Source: an uncultured Verrucomicrobiae bacterium
GTDB lineage: Bacteria; Verrucomicrobiota; Verrucomicrobiia; Chthoniobacterales; UBA10450
Direction: 5' to 3'
Assembly: GCA_963772365.1 (NCBI GenBank)
Contig: CAVYXA010000004.1
Span: 32,001-96,000 of the forward strand
Length of the DNA: 64,000 nucleotides
The translations under genes and the position numbers were made by a program. Shown piece after piece: positions 39,839 to 49,729 of this stretch. The notes beneath the pieces were generated by a model. That model was not told the DNA's origin, did not search any database, and saw only the letters and a program-made list of their open reading frames with translations. Each line of letters begins with the position of its first letter. Positions within the stretch are counted from its first letter, which is position 1.

Positions 39839-40033
39839 GGCGGCGACCATAGAGAAAAGAGGCGCGCTCTGGCAGCCGCTAGTCCAAACGCAATTCCCTC
39901 CAGGCCAACTCGCATTCACCGAGGTTGGTGTTCTGTTCTCCGCGATCAGCGGGACTGACGAGAACCGGGTTGCCTGGCCTAAGCGCTGCTACCGATCTTC
40001 TTCTCAACTAATTCAACCCCCAGTTTTAACGAT

Positions 40034-40573
40034 ATGAAACGTTTCCTAGGTTCTGCGGCCATTTTTGTTTTGGTGATGCCCACAGCTTTTGCGCGCATCC
40101 AACACACGCGCGAGCAAACTGTTCTGGCTCGAGTGACGGTTTATTGGGCCCATGGAGGAGCCGGGTCCGACCGATACACGCGTCAGCACAAATGCGCTAC
40201 CGGCATTCGCCTGCGCCAGGGCCATTGCGCTGTCGATCCTCGGCGGATTCCTTATGGCAGCCAGGTCATTTTCCCCGATGGAAAATTTGTGGCCGTGGAT
40301 ACGGGAACGGCCGTAATCAATCGGAAAGCAGCACGATTATCGGGCCGGACAAAAGAGGAGCGGGGCGCGATTGTGATCGATCGATTCTTCGAGCACAAGA
40401 GCCAGGCATTGGCGTGGGAGCGAAGGCATTCGCCATTCATGGTTGTTCGGGTGATTCCACCAGGCCATCATCCCGCCCAGCAATCTGACGTCAGAGTCGC
40501 CAAAAAGACGATTCCGCGAGCTCGGCTGTTTGCAAAGAGAGAAGCCAATTTCGCGACGGGCTTGTTTCGATAA
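40034..40573 (+). CDS. Secreted 3D (Asp-Asp-Asp) domain protein
   Basis: Signal peptide; CAVDPRRIPYGS, AVDTG, IDRFF. Confidence 0.78.
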   Translation: MKRFLGSAAIFVLVMPTAFARIQHTREQTVLARVTVYWAHGGAGSDRYTRQHKCATGIRLRQGHCAVDPRRIPYGSQVIFPDGKFVAVDTGTAVINRKAARLSGRTKEERGAIVIDRFFEHKSQALAWERRHSPFMVVRVIPPGHHPAQQSDVRVAKKTIPRARLFAKREANFATGLFR

Positions 40574-40612
40574 ATCTTGGCGGCAGGGGCCAGACTGGAT
40601 TGACTCAATGAA

Positions 40613-41089
40613 ATGGCCCGGCCTCATCACGTCTCTTCTCGGGAGATTGAGCGGAAATTCCTGATCAAGCGCTTGCCGCTGCAAATTCTTCGGTCGCGTC
40701 ATTTCCAACTGGCCCAAGGGTATCTGGCCAATGAACAGGGCGGGCGTCATGTGCGCTTGCGGAAAAAAGGCGGGACGATGTCGCTCACATTCAAGGTCGG
40801 CCGAGGTGCAGCCCGAGAGGAGCGCGAGATTCGACTGAGCCCGAAGCAATTTGCGACCTTATGGCCCGCCACACGTGGGCGGCGTCTGCGCAAAACGCGC
40901 TACGAAGTGCCGTGGAAAAATCTCGTGATCGAGATCGACATGTATCACGGATCTAATGACGGCCTCGTGGTGGCTGAAGTAGAGTTTCCCAGCCATGCCA
41001 GCTGCCGCAAATTCAAACCGCCACGCTGGTTTGGGCGAGAAATCACCGGCGAGAAACGCTACAGCAATGTGAGGCTCGCCACTGAATAA
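40613..41089 (+). CDS. CYTH domain protein (triphosphate tunnel metalloenzyme)
   Basis: EIERKFL, QGYL, KTRY, LVVAEVEF, GREITG..RYSN. Confidence 0.92.
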   Translation: MARPHHVSSREIERKFLIKRLPLQILRSRHFQLAQGYLANEQGGRHVRLRKKGGTMSLTFKVGRGAAREEREIRLSPKQFATLWPATRGRRLRKTRYEVPWKNLVIEIDMYHGSNDGLVVAEVEFPSHASCRKFKPPRWFGREITGEKRYSNVRLATE

Positions 41090-41107
41090 ATCATCTTTCC
41101 GCGAGCG

Positions 41108-42025
41108 ATGAGCTACCGATTGAAATCGGACGAAAGACCTTCCGAAGGCCTGAAGCGAATCTTCCGGCAGGAAATCGAGGCCGCGATCGAATTATGTCGT
41201 CATCCTGCCGAGGAACGCGGCGTGACCGTTCACGAAGTTCGCAAGCACCTCAAGAAACTTCGGGCTGCGCTCCGGCTTGCTGCGGACGAAGTGGGGAAAG
41301 ATCGACATACTCGCGAGGACCGCAACCTGCGCGACATCGGGAAACTCGTCTCAGACCTACGCGACGCGCAGGTCCGCCTGCAAACATTCGATCAACTTCG
41401 GGACGTGATGATAAAACGCACCGGCTGCAACCCCTTTCCCACTATCGAACAATTACTGTCGATGGAACGCGATAGTTTCTCGGCGGCATTCGCTGGCTGG
41501 CAGAAGCAAGCGATCCCAAAGCTGGAAGAGGTGAGAGATCGTCTTTCGAAATGGCCCACGGAAGGAATCAACTGGAAACAGATTTGCGCCGCTGTGGCCA
41601 AGACCTACAAGCGTGGCCAGCGTCGGCTGCAAAAGGCGATTAAAAACCCGGAGCCGGAAAATTTACATGCGTGGCGTCAACGGATGAAGGATCTGTGGTA
41701 TCAACTGCGGATTGTGCAGCCCCTGAACCGGCTGGTGCTGGAGGAGATTGCCATAGATGCAAAGACGTTAGGCGAATTGCTTGGGCGTGGCCACGATTAC
41801 ACGTTTCTGCTTCTGCGGCTGAAGAATGAACGCGGCGATGAAGCATTAGACGCTGAACTCGATCAATTGGAAAGGCTGATTCAGAAACGAAGCGCGAAAC
41901 TAAATCTGGACGCACTGGAACTGGGTCGCCGCTTTTATGCCGAACCAGCCAAGGCTTTCGCCAAGCGCATCTCGATCTTCATTGGGAAGAAGAAGAGCCG
42001 CCATAGAAGACGACTGCCGCGCTGA
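41108..42025 (+). CDS. CHAD domain protein
   Basis: VHEVRKHLKKLRA, LRDA, LHAWRQRMKDLWY, LGRGHD. Confidence 0.9.
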   Translation: MSYRLKSDERPSEGLKRIFRQEIEAAIELCRHPAEERGVTVHEVRKHLKKLRAALRLAADEVGKDRHTREDRNLRDIGKLVSDLRDAQVRLQTFDQLRDVMIKRTGCNPFPTIEQLLSMERDSFSAAFAGWQKQAIPKLEEVRDRLSKWPTEGINWKQICAAVAKTYKRGQRRLQKAIKNPEPENLHAWRQRMKDLWYQLRIVQPLNRLVLEEIAIDAKTLGELLGRGHDYTFLLLRLKNERGDEALDAELDQLERLIQKRSAKLNLDALELGRRFYAEPAKAFAKRISIFIGKKKSRHRRRLPR

Positions 42026-42086
42026 GACAATGCGGCTGCCCACCAGCGAGTGCGTGCGGTCGCCAGATTCGAAACTGCTCTCGCTT

Positions 42087-44075
42087 TTAAGGCAGGTTTT
42101 GTTTGATTATCGTGACGTCGCTCGAGTTAATGCCGCCGCTGACATTTACATCTGAACGGAAATTAGACGGGGTGACCGTCTGACCAATTTGGCCCTTCGT
42201 TTGGGCGATATCAGCTGAACTGACATTGCCGCTGGCATTGGTATCGCCGGTGATTCTTGTCATTGGAATAATTACATCCGTCGCAGGCCTATCCGCTGCG
42301 GCGTTTACTCCATTTAGTCGGACGTTGATCGTTTGGTCGTCGGCAACATTGGTCAGAGGGATGGTCACGACCGTACCACTCACGCCGACCGTTCCGCCGT
42401 TGCAGGCGCCCCCACTTCCGACACAGCCTGCACCTGATATCACTTCGGCTTGAGGCGAGCCAGTTACCGTTACATTGCCGGAGAAGGTGACCACCATTGT
42501 GTAATCGTTAGTGGCGCCTCCGGTCCGACACTCGATGCCCGGCGTGCCGGTAAGCGGTAGATTGACATCAAAAGTGCCCGCCGCGCCGTGCATCTTTCGA
42601 GACACGGCGCTAGTCACCGTGGGTGCCCCTCCTGAGAAGACGAGCGTGTCGGTGTAAAGATCAAAGGCGTGCAATGTCCCGTTCGCGTTCGTGCCGTCGC
42701 AGTTCGCGTTGTCCGCCCACACCGTGAACAACTTGCCCGCATGCGCGGATTGACCCACATAGTCACCATAATCGACTCCATTTGCCGCCGCGGCCGCATT
42801 CGAGAAACCGCCGCTCAGCCTGACATTCGCCGCCCAAGTTGCACCGCCATCAGTGCTGTAGGTGCCGTAGTATTCCGCATCGTCGTTAGGGGTATTATTT
42901 GTGCCGCCTGAACCGGGCACGCCGTTGTCATTGCGACAATCGTGGAATCCTACCGCGACGTGACCATTTGTCCGATCGAGTGTGATGTAGGGCAGGAACT
43001 GGCTTCGAATAGGCCCTATTGGGTCATCATTCACGCGCACCGGAGCTGTCCATGTCGCGCCATCGTCGGTCGAGGTCCGCAGGTAAATCTCGGTATCGTT
43101 ATTCTCGTTGACCGTTTCCTCTGTGTAGACCAGGTAGATGCGGTCGTTGAATGGCCCTCCGGTTGCATCCCATACTAGCCCGGCCTCAGAATCGATCGAG
43201 CGCCCGTTCTGGGCCGGGATGAAATCGAAGCCGCCGACATTGGTCGTCGTTACTGTTATTCGTGCGCCGAAGCCGCCGGCTCCCAAACCGTCCGCATCCA
43301 CATTTGCGTAAATTGTTGCCGGCCCCTGCCCACCAGTCGGGTTTTGATACGCCACGATGACTTTGCCGCCGTTTAGGCCGGGGCCAACAGCGATTCCTCC
43401 GAAGCTGCCGGTCGCTGACGGGATGGACTGTTGCGGGTTGAAAGGTCCAAAAACACCAAGACCGGCCACCGGCGCGCCGCGCGCGACCATACTTCCGTTC
43501 TGATTCCAATCGACCCACACGCTGCCATTGCCCACAGCGATCGAAGGCTGATCGATGCTGCCTGTCCCAACGGTTAGCGGTGCGCTGAATGTTGCGCCGC
43601 CGTCGGTGCTCAGGATAACATTGATTTGGTTGACGCTGTTGTTGATGTAGACCAGGAACAGGTTGCCGAACGTGTCCCACGCCGCCTGCGCGTCACAACA
43701 CGCGACGTTGGTGGCTACCGTGCCGCGCGTCCAAGTCGCACCGCCATCTATTGAATACCCGCGGAAAATGCTGTTAGCGCTGGCCAGGTTGGAGAACGCG
43801 ACCAGGTTATTTGTGTTGGTCGGGTTAACGACAACGAAACTCTCAGCCTCGTTGCCGGACCGCATGCTGACGTTTACCACCGGCTCCAGGCAAGTCAGCG
43901 GCTCAAATAAATTGGTGAGTATCGGGAAACGGTTCTCAGGCTTTATGCATTTGCGTGTACCGTCGGGCACATTCCTGGTGTCCTTCGGCACCAGCAGTTG
44001 GGCCTGCAAAGTAGAGGTGAGAGCGGGAAGGAATGCGCAAACGGTGGCAAACGCAACGAGGCGAGATTTTTTCAT
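42087..44075 (-). CDS. Secreted BNR/Asp-box (sialidase-like) protein with SRKMHG/Ig-like and dockerin-like tail
   Basis: Asp-boxes SIDGGATW, STDGGATF, STDDGATW, STDGGATW; GDY; tail GDTNASGNVSSAD...DVNVSGGINSSD. Confidence 0.82.
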   Translation of the reverse strand: MKKSRLVAFATVCAFLPALTSTLQAQLLVPKDTRNVPDGTRKCIKPENRFPILTNLFEPLTCLEPVVNVSMRSGNEAESFVVVNPTNTNNLVAFSNLASANSIFRGYSIDGGATWTRGTVATNVACCDAQAAWDTFGNLFLVYINNSVNQINVILSTDGGATFSAPLTVGTGSIDQPSIAVGNGSVWVDWNQNGSMVARGAPVAGLGVFGPFNPQQSIPSATGSFGGIAVGPGLNGGKVIVAYQNPTGGQGPATIYANVDADGLGAGGFGARITVTTTNVGGFDFIPAQNGRSIDSEAGLVWDATGGPFNDRIYLVYTEETVNENNDTEIYLRTSTDDGATWTAPVRVNDDPIGPIRSQFLPYITLDRTNGHVAVGFHDCRNDNGVPGSGGTNNTPNDDAEYYGTYSTDGGATWAANVRLSGGFSNAAAAANGVDYGDYVGQSAHAGKLFTVWADNANCDGTNANGTLHAFDLYTDTLVFSGGAPTVTSAVSRKMHGAAGTFDVNLPLTGTPGIECRTGGATNDYTMVVTFSGNVTVTGSPQAEVISGAGCVGSGGACNGGTVGVSGTVVTIPLTNVADDQTINVRLNGVNAAADRPATDVIIPMTRITGDTNASGNVSSADIAQTKGQIGQTVTPSNFRSDVNVSGGINSSDVTIIKQNLP

Positions 44076-44228
44076 ATGTCGTGGACTGGTAGTAAGATTG
44101 GCCACGAGTATTGAATCATTTTAAAAAAAAAGTCGAGTCTATTTCAGCTGTGGAACGGGGGGATCGAATCGGCCCGCCATCCTGCGATTGACAGCAATTT
44201 GAAAAAGCGAATCGTGATTCTGTTCCAT

Positions 44229-44642
44229 ATGAATCTGTTCCGCAGCATCATAATCTATGTCCTCGGAATCGGCTTATCGGGTGGTATGTCCGCAGCGCGG
44301 GCACAAGTGAATAGTGCGGAACAAACACCGCACTTTGCGATCACTCCCTCAAAAGTTGATGCCGCTTCGCTGCAGAAAAAAGCTGCTCAAGCCCAGGTCC
44401 GGATTAACGCCAACAGCGACGACCGCGATCAATTGAGGAGGGCGGTTAAGGTTAACGAGCCTGGCCTGGCTAAGGAAGTTCTCATCAGAAACGGATTCAC
44501 TGCTGAAGATCTGGAAAATGCGAAGATTATTTTACGAACGGGCGGAGGAAAAGATTCCGAGGACAAAATCGAGATCTCTGCCACGTGTTGTGAACCTAAG
44601 GAAATCGTAATTCAACGATCGCTGCCTTACTTCACCAAGTAA
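44229..44642 (+). CDS. Secreted hypothetical protein
   Basis: Signal-peptide-like N-terminus ending ARA-Q; fills the gap between neighbours. Confidence 0.55.
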   Translation: MNLFRSIIIYVLGIGLSGGMSAARAQVNSAEQTPHFAITPSKVDAASLQKKAAQAQVRINANSDDRDQLRRAVKVNEPGLAKEVLIRNGFTAEDLENAKIILRTGGGKDSEDKIEISATCCEPKEIVIQRSLPYFTK

Positions 44643-44696
44643 TTCTAACAGGAAGATCGGAAATTAGGACGCACTGCAGCGAAACAAAGCTACACA

Positions 44697-44719
44697 GGAA
44701 GCTGTCAGCTTCCCCTACA
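44697..44719. repeat. Half REP element supplying the sixA stop codon
   Basis: ggaagctgtcagcttcccctaca, same family as 35152-35217. Confidence 0.7.
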
Positions 44720-45172
44720 CGCGATCCGGGGCGGGAAAAGCCAGAGCAATCGCCCCGCGAGCGAGGAAAGATCGACATCGATCAGAGCGACACCGCCTTT
44801 CGAAAGTTTGAGCGACGCTCCGGTCAGTGCTGCGATCGCGCCTGTAAAATCCGGCTCGTGACCAACGAGCATTGGGTCTTCGTCGGCATATTTTTCCAGC
44901 AGCTCTTCCAACTCTCGTTTCCCAAACCCCGGCGCGAGTAATTTTTCTTCCCGACACTTTGCCTTTAGACATTTTGCGGCAATCTCCGCAGTCTGCGCCG
45001 CTCTTGGCAGAGGGCTGGTCAGGATAATAGATGGCTTGGCTTTAACCCGGCGAAGGAACTTGCCAATTTCGCTCATTTCCTTTTTGCCGGCCTTCGTGAG
45101 GGGCCGCTCGTCGTCCGGTTTTTTCCAATTCGGCCAGTCGGCCTGACCATGTCTGAGAAAGTAAAGCCGCAT
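44705..45172 (-). CDS. sixA: Phosphohistidine phosphatase SixA
   Basis: LRHG, RPLT..G, TSPLPRAAQTA, LVGHEP. Confidence 0.88.
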   Translation of the reverse strand: MRLYFLRHGQADWPNWKKPDDERPLTKAGKKEMSEIGKFLRRVKAKPSIILTSPLPRAAQTAEIAAKCLKAKCREEKLLAPGFGKRELEELLEKYADEDPMLVGHEPDFTGAIAALTGASLKLSKGGVALIDVDLSSLAGRLLWLFPPRIACRGS

Positions 45173-45240
45173 TGTCGATGTTAATTCTTCCTCTTACTCA
45201 TCGTCGGCTGCGGCGCGCCTGGCTGCCGCGCCCTACCAAA

Positions 45241-45930
45241 TCACATGATTCGCCATTTCGGGCGGCCTGTCTTCGAGTCAATTTGCCACATTCGTTCTCC
45301 GCCTAAAAACGCATTACGATTATGGCCGCGTTCGATTCCTTCCGGCAGATCGTCAAATTTCTTCACGTTTCCGCCGCCTAACACAACGTAATCGGCGATT
45401 AATGATTTCTTTAAATGCTCGACCGCATTCACGACCTCGCGTCGCCATTTTTTTTCGCCCAGCTCGATCATTCCCGATTTGCCCAGGAAATCTTCGATGG
45501 CTCGTCCATCGCGGTACGGAAGGTCGCCCAATTCCAGCTGCAGGACGGCATTGCTCCAGACCAGAGCCGATCCGAGGCCGGTGCCAAGCCCGAGAAAAAG
45601 CATTCGTCCGCCGTGATAACTGCCCAGCGCCTGGAGAGAAGCGTCATTGATAAGGCGAACCGGTTTGCCGAATGCTTTCTCAAAGTTAAAGCCAATCCAG
45701 CCGCTGCCGAGATGTTTGGGTTCGCTCATGATTTCCCCATTGAGAACGGGAGCCGGGAATCCAATTGAGATCGCATCGAACTTCCAATCGCTTACGAGCG
45801 GTTTCGTCTCGGCCACCAGCCGGCGCGGCGTCAGGTCAGGACCCGATTTAAATTTTCGCTTTTCCGCCCGCGAGATCATCAGCTTCACGTGGTTGCCGCC
45901 GATGTCGACGACCAGCACAGCCTTTTTCAT
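45241..45930 (-). CDS. ROK family protein (polyphosphate glucokinase-like)
   Basis: DIGGNHVK, IGFP, INDA, LGLGTGLGSA, ELG, LGGGN. Confidence 0.82.
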   Translation of the reverse strand: MKKAVLVVDIGGNHVKLMISRAEKRKFKSGPDLTPRRLVAETKPLVSDWKFDAISIGFPAPVLNGEIMSEPKHLGSGWIGFNFEKAFGKPVRLINDASLQALGSYHGGRMLFLGLGTGLGSALVWSNAVLQLELGDLPYRDGRAIEDFLGKSGMIELGEKKWRREVVNAVEHLKKSLIADYVVLGGGNVKKFDDLPEGIERGHNRNAFLGGERMWQIDSKTGRPKWRIM

Positions 45931-48134
45931 GGTTGCTGTTTCAAATCTGCGGCTGTGATCGGGATAAGCTTCGAGACATTGGGACGTTTTGGCGGCGGCC
46001 GAAGTTTTTTCATGCGGCGACGAGATCGTTCCCGAAAATGAAGCTGTGCCTGGGATCGCGGCTCCTGTCCTTCAGGTCTTAGCCGGCGGTAGCTACCATC
46101 AGGTTGAAGCTCCCTTGATTTGACGCGGTCATGCAGAAAATTCGGGAGGATCTCGTTGATGATGTGAGCCCGAAGCGGTAGCGATTCGATTGGAAATGTA
46201 ATCTCAATCCGCCGCAGAAAATTGCGCGGCATCCAATCGGCGCTGGCCAGGAACAGATCCGGTTCTCCACCGTTTGCAAAGTAGTAGATCCGACTATGCT
46301 CGAGGAATCTGCCGACGATGCTGATGACGCGGATGTTTTCGCTCAAGCGCGGAATCTTCGGCCGCAAACAGCAAATGCCGCGCACGATCAAATCGATGGT
46401 CACGTCGGCGCAGGAGGCCTCATAGAGCTTTTCGATGACGTCCTGATCGACTAACGAATTAAGCTTGGCCACGATTCGAGCGGGTTTGCCCGCTCGGGCA
46501 TGATCGCGCTCGCGTTCGATCAATCCGATGAGGCGCTGCTTCAAATCGAAGGGCGCGACCATCAGTTTTTTGAGACCAGGATAGCCGGCCAGGCCGGTCA
46601 GCGTGTTGAAGACGATGGCGACTTCATCGGTCAGCTCTGGCTCGCTCGTAAGCAGGCTGAAATCGGTGTAAATGCGCGCGGTCCGCGGATGATAATTTCC
46701 CGTACCGAGATGGACATAATTGCGGAGCCTGTCGGCATCCCGGCGCACTACCAAAAGGGCTTTACAATGGGTCTTTAATCCGACCACGCCATAAATGACG
46801 TGCGCGCCGGCTTCTTCCAGCCGTCGCGCCCATTGAATGTTGACCGCTTCATCGAACCGTGCGCGCAATTCCACAATCGCTGTCACTTGTTTCCCGGCAT
46901 TGGCGGCATGGATTAGAGCTTCGACAATCGGCGAATCGCCACTAGTGCGATAAAGGGTGATCTTAATCGCAAGCACCTGCGGATCGTTTGCGGCCGCCTC
47001 GATGAATTCAACAACGGGATCGAAGCTGTCATAGGGATGATGGAGCAGAACATCCTGGCGTCGCAGCACCTCAAAAAAATCCGCGTGCTTAGGCAATGCT
47101 GGATCGCGAGCCGGCTGAAATGGGCGATCTTTCAAATTGCCAAAGGCGTCATTCGTGACCAATGGCATCAGGTGCGTCATCGATAATGGTCCGTCCAGCT
47201 TGTAGGCGTCGGCTTCGCTGAGGTCGAAAAATTCCAGAAGCAAACCAAGAAAATCCTTTGGGCAATCAGCCTCGACTTCCAATCGCACCGCATCCCCCCG
47301 ACTGGAGCGTCGCAACTCCTGTTCAATGGTGCGAAGAAGATTTTCCGCCTCTTCATCGTCGATGTAGAGATCGCTGTTACGCGTGACCCGAAAGGCATGG
47401 ACATCATCGAGAATCAAACCCGGGAAAAGCTCCGCGATATGATGTTTGATGAGTGAGGCGAGATAAATGTAGTCCCACGGCTCATTTTCCGATTTGCCGC
47501 GAGGCATCAGAATCAGCCGCGGCAAGACTCGTGGCACCTGAACAATAGCATGGAGCGGTTCTCCCTGCCGTTTTGTCCGCGCCCGGACTAGCAAGTTGTG
47601 GCTTTTGTTCAGAAGCTGCGGAAACGGATGACTGGCATCTACGGCCAGTGGCGTCAGCATGGGAAAAACTTCCTGCTGAAAATATCGAAGCGCCCAGGCC
47701 GCGCGTTTGGCGGACAACTCAGACATCTCTCGCACCCGAATTCCATTCCTAGTGAGCGCGGGAAGCAGTTCATTTTTCCAGAGCGCGTATTGCGTCCCGA
47801 CCAGCTTGCGCACCATTTTCTCTATGCGGTTAAACGTCTCTGTTGGGCTGAGTCCGTCCGGGCCAATCTTGCTCGTTTCGCTTTCGATTTGCTGTTTGAT
47901 TCCGGCGACGCGGATCTCAAAAAACTCGTCGAGATTTGAGCTGAAGATGGTGAGAAACTTTACCCGCTCGACCAGCGGCTGGTTGGCATCCTGCGCCTCT
48001 TCAAGAACGCGACGGTTGAACTCGAGCCAGCTTAGCTCCCGATTAATGAAATTTTCCGGCGCGGAAAAAGATGGAGTGGTGACCGGAAGAACTACCGGTT
48101 CTTCGGTACTCGCTTTGGCGATCGCTGGCTCCAC
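45927..48134 (-). CDS. ppk1: Polyphosphate kinase 1
   Basis: NRELSWLEFNRRVL, HHPYDSF, LYRT, KTHCK, LGTGNY, GRFLEHSR, SADWMPRN. Confidence 0.97.
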   Translation of the reverse strand: MEPAIAKASTEEPVVLPVTTPSFSAPENFINRELSWLEFNRRVLEEAQDANQPLVERVKFLTIFSSNLDEFFEIRVAGIKQQIESETSKIGPDGLSPTETFNRIEKMVRKLVGTQYALWKNELLPALTRNGIRVREMSELSAKRAAWALRYFQQEVFPMLTPLAVDASHPFPQLLNKSHNLLVRARTKRQGEPLHAIVQVPRVLPRLILMPRGKSENEPWDYIYLASLIKHHIAELFPGLILDDVHAFRVTRNSDLYIDDEEAENLLRTIEQELRRSSRGDAVRLEVEADCPKDFLGLLLEFFDLSEADAYKLDGPLSMTHLMPLVTNDAFGNLKDRPFQPARDPALPKHADFFEVLRRQDVLLHHPYDSFDPVVEFIEAAANDPQVLAIKITLYRTSGDSPIVEALIHAANAGKQVTAIVELRARFDEAVNIQWARRLEEAGAHVIYGVVGLKTHCKALLVVRRDADRLRNYVHLGTGNYHPRTARIYTDFSLLTSEPELTDEVAIVFNTLTGLAGYPGLKKLMVAPFDLKQRLIGLIERERDHARAGKPARIVAKLNSLVDQDVIEKLYEASCADVTIDLIVRGICCLRPKIPRLSENIRVISIVGRFLEHSRIYYFANGGEPDLFLASADWMPRNFLRRIEITFPIESLPLRAHIINEILPNFLHDRVKSRELQPDGSYRRLRPEGQEPRSQAQLHFRERSRRRMKKLRPPPKRPNVSKLIPITAADLKQQP

Positions 48135-48146
48135 GTCGGCATCACC

Positions 48147-48833
48147 TCACACGGCGGCAGCGATTGATTGGTGGCGAATATCCTCGGCGGCAGCGGCGTA
48201 AACCGCATCTTCGGCGATGTTCGTGGCGTGATCGCCCACCCTCTCGAGACAGCGCGAGACGAAAATCAAATTCAAATAGCCACGAAGTTGATCGGGGTCC
48301 TGAGCCATGCGTTCGATGAGACGCTTATTCGCCTGGCGATTCATATCGTCCAAATCTTTGTCGCGCGGAATCACGCCTCGCGCAAGATCGACATCTTCGC
48401 GGGCAAACGCATCCACCGCGTCTTTGAACATCGACATCGCCTGGGCTTGAATCGGCCGGATCAATTCCGTCTCCGATAACGGCGGATGCTGGTTCAGTTT
48501 GCGCGCCCGGCGGGCGATGTTCGTTGCCTGATCGGCGACTCGCTCAATATTGGGTGAAAGTTTCATGGCGGAAACAACACGCCGCAAATCGGACGCCACC
48601 GGTTGATAGCGCAACAGAATGTCCACGCCATCCTTGTCGATCTGTTTTTCGAGTTGATCGATCTCTTCGTCATCGGCGATGGCCGCGGTGCAGAGATTAT
48701 CGTCGCACTGAAGCAATCCCTTGATGGAGCGATCGAGACAACGCTCGGCCAACCCGGCCATCATTAGCACATTGTTGCGCAATGAGCTCAATGCTTCGTC
48801 AAAAGTCCCGAGAATATGTTTTGGTGCGATCAT
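48147..48833 (-). CDS. phoU: Phosphate signalling protein PhoU
   Basis: QPVASDLR, ERVAD, LERVGDHATNIAE. Confidence 0.95.
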   Translation of the reverse strand: MIAPKHILGTFDEALSSLRNNVLMMAGLAERCLDRSIKGLLQCDDNLCTAAIADDEEIDQLEKQIDKDGVDILLRYQPVASDLRRVVSAMKLSPNIERVADQATNIARRARKLNQHPPLSETELIRPIQAQAMSMFKDAVDAFAREDVDLARGVIPRDKDLDDMNRQANKRLIERMAQDPDQLRGYLNLIFVSRCLERVGDHATNIAEDAVYAAAAEDIRHQSIAAAV

Positions 48834-48872
48834 GAAGCCGATACATCCTGAAATCGTTAGAACCCTAAGCGA

Positions 48873-49718
48873 TTAGCCGAAGCGGCCGGTAATATAATCT
48901 TCTGTCTGCTTTTCGCTCGGGTTTGTGAAAATTTTCGTGGTCGCGCCAAATTCGATCAGCCGACCCATATAGAAAAAGGCGGTGTAATCGGAAACGCGAC
49001 CAGCTTGTTGCATGTTGTGTGTGACGATCACGATGGTGAATTGGGTCCGCAGTTCGAAAATTAATTCTTCGATCTTGGCCGTGGCGATGGGATCGAGAGC
49101 CGAGCACGGCTCGTCCATCAGAATTACTTCCGGTTCGACCGCAAGCGCGCGGGCAATGCACAGCCTTTGTTGCTGGCCACCGGAAAGACTCGTCCCCGCC
49201 TTGTGCAGATCGTCTTTCACTTCATCCCAGAGTGCAGCCATTCGAAGAGATTTCTCCAATCGCTCGTTAAGAAATTTTTTATCGCGCACACCATTCAAAC
49301 GCAGACCGACGATCACGTTCTCGCCGATGGAAAGGGTCGGAAACGGATTCGACTTTTGGAAAACCATTCCCACAAGGCGACGCACGATGGCAGGATCGAC
49401 ATCCTGGGAATAAAGATCCTCGCCATCCAAAAGCACCATTCCTTCCATCCGCGTGCGCGGGACTAGCTCGTGCATCCGATTCAAACACCGCAGGAAGGTC
49501 GATTTGCCGCAGCCGCTCGGACCGATGATCGCGGTCACCGCCTTCGAGGGAATATCGAGTGTGATATTTTCGATTGCTCGTTTTCCACCGTACCACATTG
49601 AGAGATTTTTGACCCGAAACGTCAAAGCCATTGATTCGGTTTCCAAACCCGGCTCAGCTTCATGCGCGCGCTGCTCCACCACGGTTGGATCAGGGGCTGC
49701 CATAAGTAAATTTGCCAT
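48873..49718 (-). CDS. pstB: Phosphate ABC transporter ATPase
   Basis: [38 protein letters not shown]. Confidence 0.96.
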   Translation of the reverse strand: MANLLMAAPDPTVVEQRAHEAEPGLETESMALTFRVKNLSMWYGGKRAIENITLDIPSKAVTAIIGPSGCGKSTFLRCLNRMHELVPRTRMEGMVLLDGEDLYSQDVDPAIVRRLVGMVFQKSNPFPTLSIGENVIVGLRLNGVRDKKFLNERLEKSLRMAALWDEVKDDLHKAGTSLSGGQQQRLCIARALAVEPEVILMDEPCSALDPIATAKIEELIFELRTQFTIVIVTHNMQQAGRVSDYTAFFYMGRLIEFGATTKIFTNPSEKQTEDYITGRFG

Positions 49719-49729
49719 GGTGAGAAATT

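Noticed and set aside
39620..40033. tRNA, SRP RNA or c-di-AMP riboswitch
   Set aside because: Their consensus motifs were not recognised; kept only as an unclassified structured-leader candidate.
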